Shown here one piece after another: positions 1 to 12,891 of a DNA stretch of 64,000 nt; position 1 is the first letter of the stretch, and each line of letters begins with the position of its first letter. The stretch comes from Malacoraja senta (lineage: Eukaryota). The stretch is from assembly GCA_038087875.1 (NCBI GenBank), contig CM075988.1, forward strand, positions 7,194,001 to 7,258,000, read 5' to 3'. The position numbers and the translations under genes were made by a program. A model generated the notes under the pieces. It made no database searches and was not told the origin of the DNA. It saw only the letters and a program-made list of their open reading frames with translations.

Positions 1-149
1 CAATCTATCTGGATTAAACAATGTTGATATAAGAAATAGCAGCAGTTGGTTATTGAGCTCTTTGAGTGTACGCTGCCATTTAATAAGCCAACAGCTTAAA
101 GGAATTTCACATAACTGCAATAAAATGATATATTTGAAATCTAAGAGGT

Positions 150-370
150 GCAGAGATAGAGTTGCTGCCTTACAGCGCCAGAGACCCAGGTTTGTTCCTA
201 TCTACTGGTGCTGTCTGTACAGTGTTTGCATATTCTCCCTGTGACCGCTTGGGTTTTCTCTGGATGCTCTGGTTTCCCCCAACATTTCAAAGATGGGTAG
301 GTTTGTAGGTTAATTGGCTTCTGTAAAATTGTTCCTAGAGTTTAAGATAGAAATAGTCTACGGAGTGATT
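150..370 (+). mobile_element. tRNA-derived SINE (V-SINE/HE1-like)
   Basis: agagttgctgccttacagcgccagagaccc head and a core shared with many copies in the window. Confidence 0.7.
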
Positions 371-569
371 GCAGTTCTATTCAATCTCTACTTGTAATTT
401 ACCCATCCCATCCCAGGAATCTATTGATTTTTTTTGTCAACCTTTCCAGCCTAAAAATATATGTGTATAAAATATGTATATAAAAATATATATCTCTGCC
501 GACTGGATAGCACGCAAACAAAGCTTTTCACTGTACCTGGTGACAATAAACGAAACAAAATATATCCCG

Positions 570-2520
570 CGATAGACACAAAATGCTGGAGTAACTCAGC
601 GGAACATGCAGCATCTCTGGAGAGAAGGAATGGGTGACTATTCGGGTCGAGACCCTTCTCCAGACTGACGTCAGGGGGGAGGGAGATAGATAGATAAGGA
701 AGTGTGAAGGTGTGAAAACAGGGCAAAGGGAATGGAGATCAAGGAAAATGTAGAATAGATCATTGTTAGCTGGGAGAAGGTAACAGCAAAGCAAACAGAG
801 ACAAAATGTAGTCGGAGACAGTAAAACTGGTCGGAGAACTGGGAAGGGGAAGGGATGGAGAGAGAGGGAAAGCAAGGGTTACTTGAATACAATACAATAC
901 AATACAATACAATTTATTTGTCATTTGGACCCCGTTGAGGTCCAAACGAAATGTCGTTTCTGCAGCCATACATTCCAAAATGAAAAGACCTGAGACACAA
1001 CACAATTTACACATACATCCATCACAGCACTGTGATGGAAGGCAAAAAAAACCGTATCTCTCCACTGCACTCCCCCCCCCCCCCCCCCAATGTCAGAGTC
1101 AAAATCAAAGCCCCCGGCGGGCGATGGTGATTGTCCCACGGCCATTAAAGCCACGCCGGATGATGCAAGGTCGCGCACCGGGTCTTGAAGTTAGAGAAGA
1201 CAATGTTCATACCGCTGGGGGTAAGCTACCCAAGCGAAATATGAGGTGCTGTTCCTCCAATTTGCACTGGGCCTCACTCTGACAATGGAGGAGGCCCAGG
1301 ACAGAAAGGTCAATGTGGGTAAGGGAGGGGGAGTTAAAGTGTCCAGTAACCGGGAGATCAGATAGGTTTCAAGTGGATTGAGCGGAGATATTCAGCGAAA
1401 CAATCGTCGAGCCTGCGTTTGCTCTCGCCGATAGACAGGAGTCCACACCTAGAACAGCGAATACAGTAGAACCTCTGCTTCACCTAAAAGATGGTTGGGG
1501 TCCTTGGACGGAGTCGAGGGGGGAGGTATAGGAACAGGTGTTCTCTTGCGGTTGCAGGGGAAAGTGCCTGGGGAGACCGTGCTTTGAGTGGGAAGGGACG
1601 AGTTGACCAGGGAGTTGCGGAGGGAACGGTCTCTGCGGAAAGGGGTGGAGATGAGAAGATGTGGAGGTGGGATCCTGTTGAAGGTGGCGAAAATGTCGGA
1701 GGATTATGTGACAGCTGATGGGGTGGAAAGTGAGGACCAGGGGGACACTCTCCCTGTTACGACTGGAGGGATGGGGAGCAAGAGCGGAGCTGCGGGATAT
1801 CGAGGATGGCCTAGTGAGGGCCTTGTCTATGACGGAAGAGGGGAACCTCAGATGTCCTGGTATGGAACACCTCATCTTGGGCACAGATGCGGGGTAGACG
1901 GAAGAATTGGGAGTATGGGATAGAGTCTTTACAGGAAGCAGGGTGGGAAGATGTGTAGTCTAGATAGCTGTGGGAGTCAGTGGGTTTAGAGTAGATGTCA
2001 CTTGATAGTCTGTCTCCTGTGATGGAAACGGTGAGATCAAGAAATGGTAGGGAGGCGTCAGAGATGGTCCAAATGAATTTGAGTGTAGGATGGAAATTAG
2101 TAGTAAAGTTAATGAAGTCAGTGTGTTCTGCATGGGTGCAGGAGGTAGCACTGATGCAGTTTTCAATGTAGCGGAGGTAGAGTTCGGGGATAGGGCCAGT
2201 GTACGCCTGGAACAGTGATTATTAGACATACCCTACAAAGAGGCAGGCATAGCCTGGGCCCATGCGAGTGCCTTGGATTTGCAGGAAGTGGGAGGAGTCG
2301 AAGGAGAAGTTGTTGAGGATAAGGACCAGCTCTGCTAGGCGGAGGAGAGTGTTGGTAGAGGGAAATTGGCTGGTTCTGCAGTCGAGGACTTTTAGACCTT
2401 CCTGGTGGGGGATGGAGGTGTAGAGTGACTGAAGATCCATAGTAAAGATGAGGGAGTGGGGGCCTGGAAAACGGAAGTCATTGAAGAGACGAAGGGCGTG
2501 TGAGGTGTCTTGGACATGTT
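570..2520 (-). mobile_element. Penelope-like retroelement fragment (RT and GIY-YIG remnants plus pseudo-LTR), decayed
   Basis: Minus ORF pieces MDLQSLYTSIPH, GTRMGPGYACLFVGYV and VPLVLTFHP; pLTR at ~570-670; interrupted at ~890-1195 by a (CAATA)n-tailed LINE 3' fragment. Confidence 0.8.
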
Positions 2521-2804
2521 TGTGTCCATCTTTGTGTCTATCTTAGATTTAAACCAGCATCTGCAGTTCCTTTATATGTTCAAGGCACCTGCTCAGTCTC
2601 ACTAGAGGTGAGTGTTTAGTTATAGATCGGTGAATATTAATCGGGCAGCTTCTTGAATATTGTCGTATCAAATCTACTTATGAATGCATTTTAAAAATTT
2701 ATCTCAGGAATAGATGACAGCATGGCCTGTGTCTGTGGCATGACTTATACATTAATGGTGAAACCTTAAGTGAAGTTGGTATCTGTGTTCCAAATACTGT
2801 GCAG

Positions 2805-2961
2805 GTATCAGATCAATGCCCGCACTGATCTTGCTGTCCGATACAATGACATTTCCCCACTGGAGAATCATCACTGTGCTGTCGCCTTCCAGATTCTTTC
2901 CCAGCCAGAATGTAACATCTTCGCTAATGTGAATCCGGATGCCTTTAAACAGATCAGACAG
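2805..2961 (+). CDS. PDE9A: PDE9 coding exon ([52 protein letters not shown])
   Basis: PDE catalytic-domain motif YND.S.LENHH; AG acceptor at 2803-2804, GT donor at 2962; 157 nt. Upstream exons lie outside the window. Orthologue versus paralogue is not resolvable here. Confidence 0.93.
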
Positions 2962-4194
2962 GTCAGAGATCACAGTAATTAGTAATTATCAATCGATGAA
3001 TAAAGATGAAACAAAAGGCTAACTTCTTGCAAATCTTTCTGATCTAATGTAATTTTCCAGTTTTGGCTCTGTGCACTCAAATTCTTTCTTTACATTGAAA
3101 TAGTAACTGCAGATGCTGATTTACAAAAAAAAAGACAAAGTGACGGAGTAACAACGTCACAGACAGATCTCTGGAGAATACGAATAGGTGACATTTTGGG
3201 TTGGGACATTTTGGGTTCAGTCTGAAGGAGGGTCCTGACCCGAAATGTCACCTATCCCTGTTCTCCTGGAATGCTGAGTTACTCCAGCACTTTGTGCCTT
3301 TTTTTTGGTCTTATTTAAGGAAGGATGTTAATGTGTTGGGAAAGATTAACAATATGTTTAGTAAACTAATACCTGGAATGGGTGGGTTATCTAATAAGAA
3401 AATGTTTGATGTGCTAGGCTTGAATTAGCCAGGATGACAAGCAGAATAGAGGTACAAATAATGTTATAGAATGTTATTTTTATTAATTACTAGCATAAAA
3501 GTAGGGATGTTGTGTTTTAGTTATCTTGGGTAATGGTGAGACCTCTGCTGGAACAATGTAAACAGTGGATAGACACAAAAAGCTGGAGTAACTCAGTGGG
3601 ACAGGCAGCATCTCTGGAGAGAAGGAATGGGTGACGTTTCGGATCGAGACTCTTTTTCAGAAGTTCCTTCCTAAACAATGTAAACAGTATTGGTCTTATT
3701 TAAGATATCGAAACAAAGAACTGCAGAGATGCTGCTTTTCATAGTGCCGGATTAACGCAGTTGCAAGCAGCACATCTCTCTAGAACATGGATAGGTAATG
3801 TATCGGCTTGGGATCCTTCTTCAGTCAGAAGGGGTTCCCGACCTGAAACATCACCTATCTATGTTCTCCAGAGATGCTGCCTGACCCACTCACTGAGTTA
3901 CATAGCGTCCTTTTTTCATTCTTTATAGAATCTTTATCATTCAATCCTTTTCTATGCATCTGGATTTTATTTCATGACTTTTTCATTACTTACCCAATAC
4001 ACATTCACTGTTGTCTTTTAATCTAAATTTGTTTTCTGCATAATCCCATGCTTTATTGTTTGTGACACTGAACAATAAAACATATATTGAGATAGTTCAA
4101 CATACTGCTGTTCTAGATTAAATCTAAGTTTGGTTTAATGAAATCTTGTCTTTATTTACTTTTTAACTCCCTGACCGTTCTTTCTTCCTTAAAG

Positions 4195-4308
4195 GGAATT
4201 ATTACACTTATTCTAGCGACTGACATGGCTCGACATGGAGAGATACTGGACAAGTTCAAGCCAAAGGTTGATACTTTTGATTTCTCGAATGAAGAACATA
4301 AAATTAGT
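4195..4308 (+). CDS. PDE9A: PDE9 coding exon ([38 protein letters not shown])
   Basis: LILATDM motif; pyrimidine tract plus AAAG acceptor; GTAAGT donor at 4309; 114 nt, phase 0. Confidence 0.94.
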
Positions 4309-4696
4309 GTAAGTAAAATAAACAAACTTCAGAGCAATTATGGACTTTTTAGTTTGTAAATTGAGAGTTATTGGCATAGAATTGTCTTCCTTTTTACTAC
4401 TGCTATAAATCAGCTACAATTTAAAATGCTACAAAAATGTCAAACTTCAATTGCGACATTCTCAGAATAATATAAAAGCACGTGTCATTATCAGCAAACA
4501 TTTCATTGATCTGCTGCAAGACCTCATAGTATTAAGCGAGGATTGATGGTGCTTAAAACTTTGGTGCCTCGAATCTACAAAATTGTGTTTTAAAGTGAGC
4601 TGAAAGTTGAGGGAGAAGACTGTTGAACTCAAAGTTGTGACAATGCAGAAATGTAAATATTGACCTGTACAAAATGTACATTTCTTCGTTCCGCAG

Positions 4697-4801
4697 CTGA
4701 AAATGCTCCTTATTAAATGCTGCGATATTTCCAATGAAGTGCGGCCAACAGAGGTGGCAGACCCTTGGGTGGACTGCTTGCTTGAAGAGTACTTCACACA
4801 G
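4697..4801 (+). CDS. PDE9A: PDE9 coding exon ([35 protein letters not shown])
   Basis: KCCDISNE carries the metal-binding Asp; EEYF is PDE9-typical; ttccgcag acceptor, GTAAAT donor; 105 nt. Not in the ORF track. Confidence 0.95.
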
Positions 4802-5274
4802 GTAAATGACATTTAGTTGCATCATCAAGGCACGTTATGGTGTGGGTCAAGTATAAAGCCCATCATCACAGTCACAGGGCAATGATGAGAAGTATCCAGT
4901 TGGGTTGTGGGTCCCTGGAATGCTCTGCCAGGGGTGGCAATGCCAGGATAGAATATTGCCATTTAAGAGGTTTTTAGATAGATGCATGGATTATGCAGGG
5001 ATGGAGAGATCTGGATTACATGCAGGCAGTAGAGATTTGTTTAACTTGGCATCATGTTTGGCATAGACATTATGGGCCGAAGGGCTCATTCCTGTGCTGT
5101 AGTATGTTCTACATTCTATCTCACTGAACTTCCTCCTTCTCCTAGTTGCCTCTTGTTGTAATGTCTGCCTGCCTTTCAGCCTCTGTTTTGGTTTTTTACT
5201 ACCTCATCTAGCATATTGCTCCTTACACTTATCATGCTTTGCTTTACCTAAAAAATAGTTTCTAAATGTATCTG

Positions 5275-5973
5275 TTTAAGAAGGAACTGCAGATGCTGGA
5301 AAATTGAAGGTAGACAAAAGTGCTGGAGAAAGTCAGCGGGTGTGGCAGCATCTATGGTGCGAAGGAAATAGGCAACGTTTCGGGCCGAAACCCTCCTTCA
5401 GACTGATGTAGGGTGGGGGAGGGGCGGGAAGAAGAAAGGAAGAGGAGGAGCCAGAGGGCTGAGGGAGAGCTGAGAAGGGGAGGAGACAATAAGGGCTACC
5501 GGAAATTGGAGAAATCAATGTTCATGCCGCTGGGTTATAAACTGCCCAAGCGAAATATGAGGTGCTGCTCCTCCAATTTCCGGTGGTGCTCAGTTTGGCC
5601 ATGGAGGAGGCCCAGGACAGAAAGGTCGGATTCGGAATGGGAAGGGGAGTTGAAGTGCTGAGCCACTGGGAGATCAGGTTGGTTATTGCGAACCGAGCAG
5701 AGGTGTTCGGCGAAACGATGGCCAAGCCTCCGCTTGGTCTCACCGATATAGATCAGCTGACATCTAGAGCAGCAGATGCAATAGATGAGGTTGGAGGAGG
5801 TGCAGGCGAACCTCTGCCGCACCTGGAACGACTGCTTGGGTCCTTGAATGGAGTCGAGGGGGGAGGTAAAGCGACAATTGTAGCATTTCTTGTGAGGGGG
5901 GGAGGTAAAGCGACAAGTGTAGCATTTCTTGTGAGGGGGGAGGCAAAGCGACAAGTGTAGAATTTCTTGTGAG
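5275..5973 (-). mobile_element. Penelope-like element 3' part (GIY-YIG endonuclease plus pLTR)
   Basis: ORF 5535-5954 NLIYCICCSRCQLIYIGETKRRLGHRFAEH is a PLE-type GIY-YIG with the Cys insert. Confidence 0.88.
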
Positions 5974-6074
5974 TTGGCTATATCATCTCAAAACCTTGTT
6001 GATAAATTCAAGGCCCAGCACTTGTGTTCATTCATAATCTACCACGTTCTTCCATATACTTCAGACATAATAAG

Positions 6075-6350
6075 GCGGCACAGTGGCACAGCTGGTAGAG
6101 CTGTTGTCACACAGTGTTGGAGACCTGGGTTTGACCCTGACCTCTGATGCTGTGTGTTGAATTTGCACTTACTCCTTGTGACTGTGTGGGTTTCCTCCAG
6201 GTACTCCCGCATCACAAAGCTGGGATTGTAGGTTAATTAGCCCTTGTGCGTGGATCCAAAAGTGGGGTAAAATAAAACTAGTGTGGATAAGTGATCGATG
6301 GTCGGCGTGGACTCAGTGGGCTGAATAGCCTATTTCCCTGCTGTATCTTT
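6075..6350 (+). mobile_element. tRNA-derived SINE
   Basis: Box A-like ggcacagtggcacagctggtagag, box B-like gggtttgaccc, LINE-like tail. Confidence 0.7.
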
Positions 6351-7081
6351 CAATCAACGAATCTTTCCTTTCAGCTTTTTCCTTTAACTTTGTAAATTAC
6401 AGTCAGCTAACATCTTTGGAATATCTCTGGGAGAGCACATCACTTTGTCCAATCCATTATTTTTCTGATTTTAAATGAAATTGATAGGAAAGAAAGAAGC
6501 CATCCTGATGTTTATCCTCCATCTGAATTTTTTCCCATTCTCCCTCTTCCAATCACATCTGGATGTATTTAACAACAAATTATCATTCTTCTGCACCATT
6601 TCCCTTGGAATGATGAGTTCCAATTACAGTACAGTATTTACCTAGTGTGCTAGTTGTCTCTTCTAGGAATGCATTTTTGGCATCTTTCTCTAAAAGATAA
6701 TCAAAACTCGTTAGTATTTTTTAGATTGATGTGAGGTTTGGATTAAAATTCATGGAGCTGTTGATCTTTTGCGTTGGTTGAAGCTCTGCTTTAGCTCTGA
6801 AACATACATGCAGTTAAAGTGAAGGGTTGTGTTTTGTCAATTTAGAGCTTATATTAAGGTTGTATCCTAAACTAAGATTCAAACCCGATTATGTTCAGAT
6901 TGAAATTATGTTATGGGTTAGCCAGTTTTGGTTTAGATCAAAGTTTAGTTGGTTTGAGGGTAAAAAGTTTATAGTCGGCTTGGTATTTAAAATTAACTGC
7001 ATTAAAACCTGTCTTGAGAACGTCTTACCTTAACTTCTCTCTGAAAGCATCTGTAATATTGTCACTGGCGTTTCACTGCAG

Positions 7082-7210
7082 AGTGACAGAGAGAAATCTG
7101 AAGGTCTCCCAGTTGCCCCATTCATGGATCGGGATAAGGTCACCAAGCCCACAGCCCAGATTGGTTTCATCAAGTTCGTCCTCATACCAACATTTGAAAC
7201 GCTGATGAAG
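7082..7210 (+). CDS. PDE9A: PDE9 coding exon ([43 protein letters not shown])
   Basis: Invariant purine-binding Gln in AQIGF; ctgcag acceptor, GTAAGC donor; 129 nt. Confidence 0.95.
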
Positions 7211-8838
7211 GTAAGCTAAATAATAAATGCAAAAGTCTCTCTCACCTTCATCAAGATGGGAGATGGATGGCAATTTATTTTTGCCACTCAGCAGTATTTC
7301 CAGGTGAGTTAAGCTACGGTCATTTGATATTTGTCTATTTCTCATACAGCCCATTCTGAGAGTAGGTTTGCCAGCATAGTACAAATAGTTATTGCTGTGG
7401 GCCCACCTCCAACTAGATTAAAACTAACCAACCTTATTTCAGCTGGTACATCCTATCAGACTGGAAAGGGAACCAATATCTAAACCCTCTACAGCAATCA
7501 TTTCATGGGGAACTGCACTTTTGTTCTAATCAACCCAAAGATCGCTCTGAGTTGAATTTCCACAAGTTTTATTCTTCTCTTTTGGTTGGGTAGTTTGCAA
7601 TAAGCAGACTCTTGCTTTTCCTTTTCCGAATAAAGATCCTGACCCGAAACGTCACCTATTCCATGTTCTCCTGAGATATGGCCTGACGTGCTACGTTACT
7701 CCAGCATTTTGTGTCCTTTTGTGTAAACCATCATCTGCAGTTCGTTATTTCTACAACGAGTCTGTTTCTGGCCACTTCCATTGTATTTTGAGGATTTAGT
7801 TACAACAGAAAATCTGGACAATATCACAATGGCCATTCAAAAAGTTGCATTTATGCATATTCAAACTAATAACTAGGCAATTATGGGTGTTGGTTACATG
7901 AATAGATGTCATGGGCACACACCGTCAAAGAAAATGTTTTAAACTGCTTCCAGTCAAAGTATTTATTCAAACCATGCAACATTAAATCTGGAAAAATGTA
8001 TTTTTATCTCACTATCGCACATCCTTCTACTACTCTGGAGATCTTCTGAATTCTTGTACAATACTGCACGATGCTGGAAGCAATAGCTAAATTTGTGCTA
8101 AAGTTGTGAAGAATCCACTGCAATTCTGACTTTGTAACAAATCTTCTTTAAGGGAGGTTGGAATGTCCAGTTCATGAATCATAAGCTCTTTAAATTTTAC
8201 CCTTCGTCTATGGCATGTAAAAGCTGAGATTAGGAAATCTGGGTAATTCTAACAAAAATATTGGTAAATGGGGATACATTGCATAAAATTATCAATAATT
8301 GGATAAACGATTCCCCTAAATGTTCAATATTGGTCACAGGAAATGTGGTCAAGAACTTAAATCAAGTAGCGTTGTTTATTTTAGAGCAAAGACAAAAAAA
8401 ATGTACTTAATGCAAATTAAACCCAATAATGCCCATTTCCGAGCCATTTGCTTCACCCCAGAGTATGACTGGCATTTATTGGCATGAGTGATGTTTGTAT
8501 CTCTGAAGGCTCTGCATCATGAAGGGAGTGTGGTTGATGAGCATGGTATGAGGAGGGGATGATGGAATGTAAACTGCAGAGGTGTGCTTGCTTAAAATTA
8601 GACCCAATGCATGTTTTAAAGATTGGGCAAAAGAAATTTAGTCAGCATTACAAATGTGTAATAATAGATTATACAATATAAGAGGAAAGGAAAAATACTT
8701 TCAAATATCTTTGGAAGTCAATAGCTTAAATTACTTGGCATGCATTACTTTACAATGGCTGTGTGACCATTACTGGTCACTGTACCACATTTATAATGTG
8801 AATTACATTGCACCAATCATTGTATATTCTGCTGCTAG

Positions 8839-8934
8839 TTATTCCCACAGATTGAAGAAGCTACAGTACAGCCACTGCGGGATTCCAGGGATCGTTATGA
8901 GGAGCTGAAGCAGATTGATGATGTTATGAACGAG
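8839..8934 (+). CDS. PDE9A: PDE9 coding exon (LFPQIEEATVQPLRDSRDRYEELKQIDDVMNE)
   Basis: Matches the PDE9 C-terminal helix (SRDRYEELK); gctag acceptor, GTAAAT donor; 96 nt. Confidence 0.9.
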
Positions 8935-9029
8935 GTAAATGGATACAGACACTGATTTGTAGTTATTGAAAATACATTGTAATCTGAACGCCACAACTGA
9001 CATTTTCTCTGCACCAGTTACATATGTAG

Positions 9030-9325
9030 TTTAGTTTGGTTTAGAGATACAGCATGGAAACAGGCCCTTCGGCCCACCGAGTCCACGCCGACCAGTGATC
9101 CCCGCACACTAACACTATCCTACACACACTAGGGACAATTTACAATTTTACCAAGCCAATTAAGCTACAAACCTGTACGTCTTTGGAGTGTGGGAGGAAA
9201 CCCAGTGAAAACCCATGCTGCCATGCGGAGAGCGTACAAACTCCTTACAGACAGCACCCGTAGTCAGGATCGAACCTGGGTCTCTGGTGCTGTAAGACAG
9301 CAGCTCTACCACCGTGCCACCATGT
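9030..9325 (-). mobile_element. tRNA-derived SINE, near full length
   Basis: Reverse complement has ggtggcacggtggtagagctg...ccaggttcgatcctg and a gggccgaagggcctgtttcc...ctctaaac tail. Confidence 0.8.
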
Positions 9326-9379
9326 AAGTAATTCAAATTGTAGATTTTGTTTCTGATGCTCCTTTCAAAGGGCAATCCT

Positions 9380-9990
9380 AGTCCTTTGTGGATAGGACAG
9401 GTTTGGAGGGACATGGACCAAAAGCGAGCAGGTGGGAGTAGTATAGCTGGAACATGTTGGCCGGTGTGGGCTAGTTGGGCCGAGGAGCCTGTTTCCACAC
9501 TGTATCACTCTATGACTCTTGTCCCATGTGAGAAGAGGTTGATCAGAATGCTGCCTGGATAGAAGGTGTTTGCCGTAAGAAGAGGTTGGACATACATATA
9601 TTGCTTTCTCTGCAATGATGGGGGCTGAGGGAAGGCCTGATAGAAATGTATAAAATCATGAGAGGTACAAATACAGGCAGAATGTTTATCCCAGGTTGGA
9701 AATATCAATGTCTATAGGGCATAGCTTTAAGGTGAGAGAGGCAAAATTTCAAGGATGTATGGAGCAAGTTTTTTTGCACAGAGATTGGTGGATATCCACA
9801 ACGCACTGCCAGGGTGGCAGTGTAGACAGATACAAAAGTGACATTTAAGTGGCTTTTAAATATGCACATGGATAAGCAGCGCATGGAGGAATATGGGTCA
9901 TATGCAGGCAGAGATTTGTTTAACTTGACATCATGTTCGGCACAGACACTGTCGGCCTGTTTCTGTGCTGTACTGTTCTCTGTTCAATGT
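9380..9990 (+). mobile_element. Old CR1 3' fragments
   Basis: Decayed RRLIRMLPG and KIMRG motifs plus a CR1-type 3'UTR. Confidence 0.6.
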
Positions 9991-10848
9991 TCTATTAGCA
10001 TCTTTTGGTAATTCCATCATTGCTTCCAATACTGCCCAGCTTTGTGTCACTGGTACTCACAGCGACCTAACCCACCAAATCATGAATACATGTGGCAAAT
10101 CATCGATGCTGCAATACAGATTTGACTCGATACCAATAATCCCACCTGTCAGTTGGAATACCTGCTCATTATTCCTGCTTCCTTTTTTCCACCCTCAGCA
10201 AATGCCCTAACCATCTTAATAGATGGTTTCTTGTGAAAGATGTTGGCTTCCAGAAGTCCCTTGTGGCTAAACGTTCATAAAACAATATCTTGTCAAGTCC
10301 CATTTTCCATTACATTTGACGTCACCTCAGAATATTCGGTCAGGTTTTCCACAATCTCTTCTTCGCATTTCCATTATTGCCCTCTGAAAATTGTCCAGTG
10401 GTCAGCATACCTAACCATAATTATGGATCCAAGTAATATCCTGACTGCAGATTTCTGGCTAAATTGTACATAATAACCCAATTTTTCTCCTTCATCTCTC
10501 CCAAACTGAAGGGTGACGTAAGATTTTCAAACAAAAAATGAATTGTTCTCAAATCAAGACAACTTGGAAAGTTTATAACCTGAGCATTTCAAATACACTC
10601 AAAGCTACTTCCGTTACACCCTTGAGATTTGTCATGCGTTGGTTAAGTCTTCTGCTTCATTTCAGATAGATTACTTCTGTTGCTTTCCTATCTTTGATTC
10701 GGTGTTAGTTTCCTTGGGATGTCTAGAATTTTATCCTCTTCCTTTATTTAAGTTACAATGTAATACCATGTTTCAATGCTTGATTTATTACATTCAAGTA
10801 TTTGCATGCCAATTACTACAATAACTTTTCTTTGTTTATCTTTAAAAG

Positions 10849-10896
10849 TTGCGGAAGAAAACAGAAAATATTCCTCTTGGATGGAAGAAGAACTAA
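10849..10896 (+). CDS. PDE9A: PDE9 last coding exon (LRKKTENIPLGWKKN-stop)
   Basis: Pyrimidine tract plus AAAG acceptor; LRKKTE resembles the mammalian LQKKTD tail; TAA at 10894-10896; GTAAGT donor at 10905. Confidence 0.75.
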   Translation: MRKKTENIPLGWKKN

Positions 10897-11264
10897 ATTT
10901 CATAGTAAGTAAATTTCTACGATCCTGGAGTTCTGATACATATCAATCAGAAAGCAAAAGGAAACCATGAGATGATATTAGTTTAAATACTTTTGTTGTA
11001 TTATGGTATTTGAAACAAAGTTTTGCATTTACAATTGTTATGGATCAGTCTGTAACAATTATTGGTATTATGGGAATCATTTATGATGGATGGAACCAGA
11101 CATGGTCTGTTAACCAGAAAAGGACTCTCATCTTGATTGATGAGAGGAGATTTGCTGATAGGGATGAGATAATTGCTCCTCACAGTTTGATCTTCACAAA
11201 TAAAGAGAAATAGCATGAGCAATAAAGATGTGAATTAATAGTAATACCAACAAGATAATGAACA

Positions 11265-11650
11265 GTTTAGTTTAGAGATACAGCGTGGGAACAGGTCCTT
11301 TGGACCACCGGGTCCGCGCCAACCAGCGATCCCCGCATATTAACACTATCCTACACACACTAGGGACAATGATTACATTTACCTAGTCAATTTACCTACA
11401 TACCTGTACGTCTTTGGAGTGTAGGAAGGAACTGCAGATGCTGGTTTATACTGAAGATAGACATAAAATGCTGGAGTAACTCAGCGGGTCAGGCAGCATC
11501 TTGGTGAAAAGGAATCGGTGACGTTTTGGGTAGAGACCCTTCTTCAGACTGCGGTCAGCCGTCTTCAGATTGCAGTCTGAAGAAGGGCTCGGACTCAAAA
11601 CGTCACCTTTTTTTTTTTTCTCCAGAGATGACCCGCTGAGTTACTGCTGC
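11265..11650. mobile_element. SINE 3' half (minus) joined to a palindromic Penelope pLTR pair
   Basis: SINE tail at 11265-11421; inverted pLTR arms meeting near cttcagactg...cagtctgaag. Confidence 0.65.
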
Positions 11651-12891
11651 TTTGTCAATCTTCAAGATCTTCTTCTTATCGAGTCCACACACAAGATTAG
11701 AGGTTGTTTAGCCAGAGCTGAACACACTTCTTGGCATCTACATACAATGGTGTCTGTCTTGCGCTTCTTGTGCGTGTAATGGAAAGATTGGTGAAAACAG
11801 GGCCGCGACATGAACGCTCTTTCTTTGACACCCCCCCACCCCCCATCTTCAAGACAATGAATCAATACCAGAAGGGCAGAATATTGGACTTTGCAATACA
11901 CTCCCAGGTTCAGCATTGGCTTCTTCTTCTTCTTCTTTCGTGTGGCGTGCACAGCCTAAAGTTGTTGGACAACTTGTTCTATTTGATCTTCCGTTTGTGC
12001 ACGTTGAGTTGATTGCATTAGTCGAAACAGGGCAGACCACGTGAAGGTTGCAATCTTCCACCCTAGCATTGGCTTCAGTAGCAGCTATTAATTCTATCGA
12101 GCTGAGGGTCTAGATACACGTTATAGTGTTAATATTTTAACAGCTTCTTAATTATCCCTATAATTTGTCCAAAAAGCTTTGGAAATTTATTCTTCACAAA
12201 TATACAGTCAGGTCCCGAGGAAATTAATATGTACAAATGCTTCAAAAAGGTTATCAAAATAATTATGTTGTCTTCCTGGGACTCAGTTACTAGATTTACA
12301 AAATGCACAATACCAGGGTAATGTTGTGCAGTAAGGAAGGTCTTGGGTATAGATAGGATCCTGTTACTTAATCTTCCTAGAATGGTATTAAGGAATATTA
12401 CATTGGCTAGAGAGTCCCTGGAGTGGTGTGCGAAATACATCAGCCCAGAGTCCTGATCAAGAACCAGTGTCCCCTGCTGGGCATAATTGCTTTGAACAAA
12501 TATTTAACATCACCCAAATAAGGACACCAAAGGATACGGGGAGAAGGCAGGAGAATGGGGTTAACATGTAAAAATAGATCAGCCAGGGCCTAATTCTGCT
12601 CCTATGTCTTAAGGGGTCTTAGAATATTGGCCAGATTTGGCTCTTGACACTCTCACAGATGAATGCCCTGCTCCATTTACTCTGTGATACCATAATTGGG
12701 ACTGGTCATTGGACAAATGCCCAGAAGCTGGTTAGCACCAACTGAACCAAGACCATGGAAAATATTGAGGTCCTTCAGCACAGGAAATTGGGGAAGGAAA
12801 GCAGGGCAATCAAACAGAACTAAAATTGGGTTGTTTTCTTGTTTCAATTATCCAAAGCTAAATAGGTTTTTTTTAACATTCTCCTTTATAG

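Noticed and set aside
5856..5973. CRISPR-like array
   Set aside because: Tandem units without unique spacers, in eukaryotic retroelement DNA, with no cas genes.
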